In this document: positions 58,547 to 64,000 of the stretch, piece after piece
Position numbering within the stretch: the stretch's first letter is position 1
How the letters are laid out: every line of letters starts with the position of its first letter
NCBI RefSeq assembly: GCF_009914755.1
Contig: NC_060946.1
Reading direction: 5' to 3' (one strand)
DNA from: the human T2T-CHM13v2.0 reference genome, Homo sapiens
Length of the DNA: 64,000 bases
The notes under the pieces: model-generated
What the model was told of the DNA's origin: nothing
Database searches by the model: none
Seen by the model: the letters and a program-made list of their open reading frames with translations, nothing else
Program-made: the position numbers and the translations under genes

Positions 58547-59329
58547 ACCACAGAGCCCATTCTACAAGTAGAATGTTATGAGGCCCATATGTGTGCCGGG
58601 TGCACACGAAGACACTCTTGTTGAACTGAATGCCTGGCCCACAGCCCCCACTCCGTCTTTCAGGGTTACCAGCAGTTTGGAGACCCACCGGATCTAGGGT
58701 CCCCAGGGTATTCCCCAGCTCCAGAATGTGCAGGCTCTGGGAAGTGTCACTGGCAGGCATGCCAGCCCTGTTAGTGTCACTGGCGGGCATGCCAGCTATG
58801 GGTTCCCATAGCTTACATGTTTGGGCTCCAGACGGCCAGAAACTTTTGGTACTTTCAGCTGGTGTGGCCACTCACCACCTGGGCCCTGTGGGGGTTGCAG
58901 GCTGCAAGTGAGTGAACAAGGCACGCCAGGCCAAGAGAGAAGGGACAGCATCTTCCCTGGAGTGCTGAGGTCTGTCTAGCCTTTCCATGTGGGTGGGCCA
59001 CACCATGCCCATACCCACACCGTACCCCTCGGTGGCTATCTCTCCAGCACCGCCCTCCTCCCAAACCTTCAGCCACAGAGCCACATCCTCACCTCTCCAA
59101 CCCAGCTGCCCCACCTCCCGGCGGGCTGCGATGAGACTGGCAGAGAGTTATGGGAAAGCCCAAAATAGGGTACAGGAGAAGCGCCCAGCATGTGGGGAAT
59201 CGGGCACCTGCCTCCTGCTCCAGACTCTACCGCCCACTCACTCACTGCCCAGTGGAGTACAAGACACATCCCTTCTCCTCTTTGAGCTTCTGTGTCCACA
59301 TCTGCAACTGAGCACGCACTCAGCAAAGA

Positions 59330-60020
59330 AATTAATATTTATTAAGCACTGCTTCTGTGTGGGGCATTTTTACCAAGGCGGGAGGGGCTGCATGGATACA
59401 ACAGGCTCAGTTCACTCTCCACTAGGGGAGTTGGATGTTAAACCAGTTATCACATAAACAAGAAAATTTCACAACAAAACAAGGTGACTTAGCAGGAGTG
59501 GTGTCAGGGGCCTATCTGGAGAGGGGAGGTTTGAAGAGGACACGACAACCTGGATGGATCAATAGAAAATTATGTCCAATCCAAAAAGTAAAACCCATAG
59601 AAGTTACACATTGCATGATTCCATTTACATTCCACTGTGAAAATGACAACGCTATAGAAATGGAGAACGGATTAGTGGTTGCCAGGAGTTAAGGAGGTGG
59701 TAGCAGCAGGAGGCAAGTGGGCAACGTCAAGGTCTGGGGGGAGGAGGTTCCACAGAAAAGGAGAGTATGTGCAAAGGCCCTGGGGTCCAGGCAAGCTCAG
59801 CATGCTTGTGGCACAGAGACAAGGCTGGTGTCACTGCAAGGGAGTGGGAGAGGACAGAGTTGCAAGACCTCGGGTCCCACAGGAAGAAGGGGTCTGATCC
59901 TGAGGGGCCTGGGGGGCCAAGCGTGGGGAAGAGTCTAGTTTTCCTTCTCTGGAGAGGGAGAAGGCACTGCAGGGGCTGATCTCATGTGTGCTTTAACAAG
60001 ATCACTCACTGTCTGCAGTG
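59330..60020 (-). mobile_element. L2 fragment carrying a 183-bp L1-derived insert
   Basis: ATATTTATTAAGCAC..GTCAGGGGCC..TGTGCAAAGGCCCTGGGG. Confidence 0.72.
59540..59722 (+). repeat. Second copy of a 181/183-bp direct repeat (partner 58135-58315)
   Basis: About 22 mismatches plus one 2-bp gap by manual alignment. Confidence 0.92.
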
Positions 60021-60314
60021 GTAAGCAGGAGGACATGAACAGAGCAGGGAAACCTTACCTGGTTACCTGGGACCTTGCAGGTGAGGTTTTATGGATCCCA
60101 CAAGCTGCAAAGTATTGTTAATGCACATGACCCCAGCCAGCCTTTAACCAGCCCAACTCACCAGCTGTTGGTCCAACCCAGCTGCTGCCAGTGGCTTGAA
60201 CCTCCCAGGTGTCCCAAGGACATAATCGTGACAGCAGCCCCAAGGGTCAGCCCCAGTGGTCACGGTCCAGATGTGCCAGCTGCTGGGTGGAATTAGGGCT
60301 CATCTTTCAGGACT

Positions 60315-60819
60315 AAACATATTTCTGAGTGTGTCCGCGAGGCGTTTCTGCAAGAGACTGCCATTGAAATTGGCGGGCTGAGTAAAGATGGCCCTGCCCC
60401 ATGAGGATGGGGAGGGCCTGGATAGAACAAAAGGGTGGAGGAGAGCTGAATTCCTTTGGCCTGACTGCTTGAGCTGGGACACTGGTCTTTTTCCTGCCCT
60501 CTTGCTCCAAGTTCTCAGGTCTTTGGACACCAACAAGAATCTATACCATCGGCTCTCAGGCCTTCAGCCTACGCCACTGGCCCTCCTCCATCTCCAGCTT
60601 GCAGATGGCAGATTCCCCCCGGGACTCCTCAGCCTCCACAATTGCATGAGCCAAAACCTTATAATAAATCTCCTCATATATGTTTATATATAAACCTCTT
60701 TCTATATATAAATCTTTTAAGTATATATTTTATATAAAAATCTCTATATATATTCATATATGTGTTTATGCTTTTCTCTTCTATTGGTTTTGGCTTTCTA
60801 GAGAACGCCGATGAATATA
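60315..60819 (+). mobile_element. MLT2 (ERVL) LTR
   Basis: GCTGAGTAAAGATGGCCCT..GGGACTCCTCAGCCTCCACAATTGCATGAGCC..ATAATAAATCTC..(TA)-rich..CTAGAGAAC. Confidence 0.87.
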
Positions 60820-60960
60820 GCTGCCTTTCTGGCCCAGTTGTGTTTGCTCCACACAGCCCAGAGCAGAGAATTCTGCCCCTGAAGTAGGGCTTGGCTGCAA
60901 GCTTCGACTTCACCCTGGAGAATCCTGGGGGTTCAGGCTTTTAACGTAGAAAGAAAAGTT

Positions 60961-61620
<660 letters not shown>

Positions 61621-61679
61621 CTCCTATGTGGCTCCTCGATCATTAACCAAAACCCCCAAAATTGTGATTGACACCCATT

Positions 61680-62340
61680 TGTTCATTCATAGAAGATGGA
61701 TTGAGGTCCACTACATGCCTTGTAGGTGCCAAGCCTCCTGGATGTTGAACAGTGAACGCAGCAGAGAGAACTTGCTGCCTCCACGAAATTTATATTCTAG
61801 TTGAGGGGAGGAAGATAATAAATAAGTAGGTGATATGGCAGAAGGTGAAAAGTGCCGTCAAGCAGGGAATAAAGCAGGGAAGGGCGATGGGAAGTCCTGG
61901 GGCCAGGATAATAACTTAAGAGGGTGGCCAGGGAGACCGTGTGGAGAAGGTGGCAGAAGTCACATTGGGAAGGAGATGAGGAAGATGGCCCTGCAGATGT
62001 CTGGACCTGGAACAGTCATGGCAGGGGGAATAGCAAATGCAAGGCCTGAGGCAGAAGGTGTCAGGGAGCCAGGAGGAGGCTGAGGTGTTGGGGCGGGACC
62101 TGAGAGATGGGTGAAGGCAGGGAAGTGTGGGTGTCCGGAGCACATTGGCGCTGTCGGTGAGAGGGGGTTCTGGGAAGGTGTGCAGCAGATGATGTCTTGT
62201 GCAGACTCATGCCTTAGGGTCCCTCTGGCTGCTGGAGCTGAAGATAGGCTACTGGGAGACAAGGATGGAGGTAGGAACGCCTTCAAGGAGGCTGCCACAA
62301 TAATCCAGAGGAGTGACAATGGTGGCTCCAGCCAGGGTCA
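61680..62340 (-). mobile_element. L2 fragment
   Basis: AATAGCAAATGCAAGGCCTGAGGCAG..GGAGGCTGCCACAATAATCCAG..ATGGTGGCT. Confidence 0.82.
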
Positions 62341-63084
62341 TCAGGGGCCTCTCCTGCCTCCATCCCTCTGCCCTGGGAGTGGTTTTAAAGGGGTCTCCGC
62401 TGACACTCACTCCCACTGCTGCACCGTCTCCCGGGGCTTCCCCCCTCTCTGCCCTCCCCAAGGCACTGGTCATCAAGGCCACAGCTGGAGTCTCTTCCAG
62501 ACCTTTGAGCTCCAGGTCAGGCACAGAGCAGCCACTTGGCAAATGTCGGCGCTCGTTCATCATTATGGAAGGTCCATACCTTGGCGAGAGAGAAAGGCGT
62601 GCAGAAAGAATCCTAGTCCCCGAAAGCTCTGGAGTCAGACAGGTCTGGGTTCCAATCCTGATTCTGCCGCATCCTCGCTGCGGGACCCTGGCCACATCGT
62701 TCTTCTCTCTGAGGCTCAGTGTCCCCATCTGTAAAATGAAGAGGGCCACTCAGGGTCACACTCTCCACCCAGAGCTCATCTTTGACTTCTCTTTGGAGAT
62801 AACCTGACTCACCGGCGCCTACTCTTCAATGTCTTCCCAAACAGGCCCTACAACGCATACAGTGCCCCTGCCACCCCCTGGCCAGAGTTCGTGGCCACCT
62901 CAGGGCTCCGGGCTGCTGCAGCTGAGCACCCCACGAGGACAGGACATGGGCCTCGCTCTCCTCCTCTGTGCAACGGGCACCGCACCACCTGGCTCATAGC
63001 TGTCTTCAGTGATTCCTAGGGATGATGAACACAAAGTGCCTCATCCTGGGCTCAGGATCAGTGAAGCTCCCCATGAGAAAGCTA

Positions 63085-63321
63085 CACAAAGATGGAGGTG
63101 GAACTAGAGTGATGTGGCCACAAGCCAAGGAATGCCTGGAGTCATCGTAAGCTGGCAGAGGCCAGAAAGCGTCCTCCCTGGGCCCTTTGGACAAAGCACA
63201 GCTCTTCCAGCATCTTGATTTTGGTTCTGGCCTCTAGAACTGTAAGAAAATTAATTTTTGTTATTTTTAAGCCACTAATTTTATGGTCATTTTTTATAGC
63301 AGCAACAGGAAACTAGTAACA
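63085..63321 (+). mobile_element. MLT1C-like LTR 3' half
   Basis: CCACAAGCCAAGGAATGCC..GGCCTCTAGAACTGTAAG..TTTTAAGCCAC..GGAAACTA. Confidence 0.87.
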
Positions 63322-64000
63322 GTTTTGGTTCACCTAATATTCCTGCATCACTATGATTGTGAATTACAGCTGCTGGCACATCTGTCTTTCCTCTAGACTG
63401 TGAATGTCTAGAATACAAGGACTACGTTTGGAGATCTACAGATAAGTGGGGTTGCCTAACCACTCTGCACTAGAGAAAGTCAGCCCCTGCTGGGCCAGGC
63501 TGGAAGAGACTTCAGAAGCCGTAGGAACAATCTCCTTAGGTCAGGACCAGAGGGTGGCAGGTCTTGAACCCAGGGCCCTGGACCCCACCCACAGCTCCTG
63601 CCAAGCAGACCTGCAGCCCCCAAGGGCACATCACCTTTTCAGCCAGCAATTTAAGGCCCTGCCTGAGTGCAGACTCAGAGAGAGGGAGAGAAGGAGAGAG
63701 GAGACTTGAGGATCTCGATGGACTTGTGGTTCATTCAGTCAAGTCTTTGAGAGAGAGTGCATTTTATTAGTACCAAAGAATTGAGTGCTGTGATTCATGA
63801 GACTCAGAAAGAATTGGCTCCATGCCCTGTGCCCATTGACAGGTGAGCTGGAATTATAGGCTGGTGGAGAGAGTTTGCCTGTGGGTTTCTGGGAGGGAAG
63901 TGAACTACTTATGCCAGCCACTCTCTCCACCCCCCAAACACACCATCTTCCAAGCGCATCTTCTGATGCCACATTCCAATCCCTATGCCAGGTGGGAGAT

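Noticed and set aside
62111-62807. Overlapping 164-207-aa ORFs
   Set aside because: Span L2 and MIR remnants in GC-rich DNA; no domain similarity or exon structure recognisable

Overview
Primate (human-like) non-coding genomic DNA of about 50% GC, either intergenic or deep intronic. I can support no protein-coding exon, tRNA, rRNA or CRISPR array; the long ORFs in the track fall in Alu, L2 or low-complexity sequence. The window is a mosaic of about 24 Alu/FLAM/FRAM copies (many with visible TSDs), MIRs, old L2 and L1M fragments, MaLR/ERVL solo LTRs (THE1, MST, MLT1, MLT2, LTR33), hAT MITEs (MER5A, MER20, MER45A, MER103-like) and microsatellites. Between these lie about ten repeat-free islands rich in homeobox, FOX, SOX and POU motifs. 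They resemble conserved enhancers of a developmental-regulator locus, but this is inference and I could not identify the locus. The most unusual thing seen directly is three short (48-183 bp) same-strand local duplications. Each was copied from 1.4-3.2 kb upstream into the middle of an older transposon, and all three are about 88-90% identical to their donors. This suggests ancient templated-insertion repair events. Repeat subfamily names come from recalled consensus sequences and boundaries are approximate. I found no evidence for a novel coding system.
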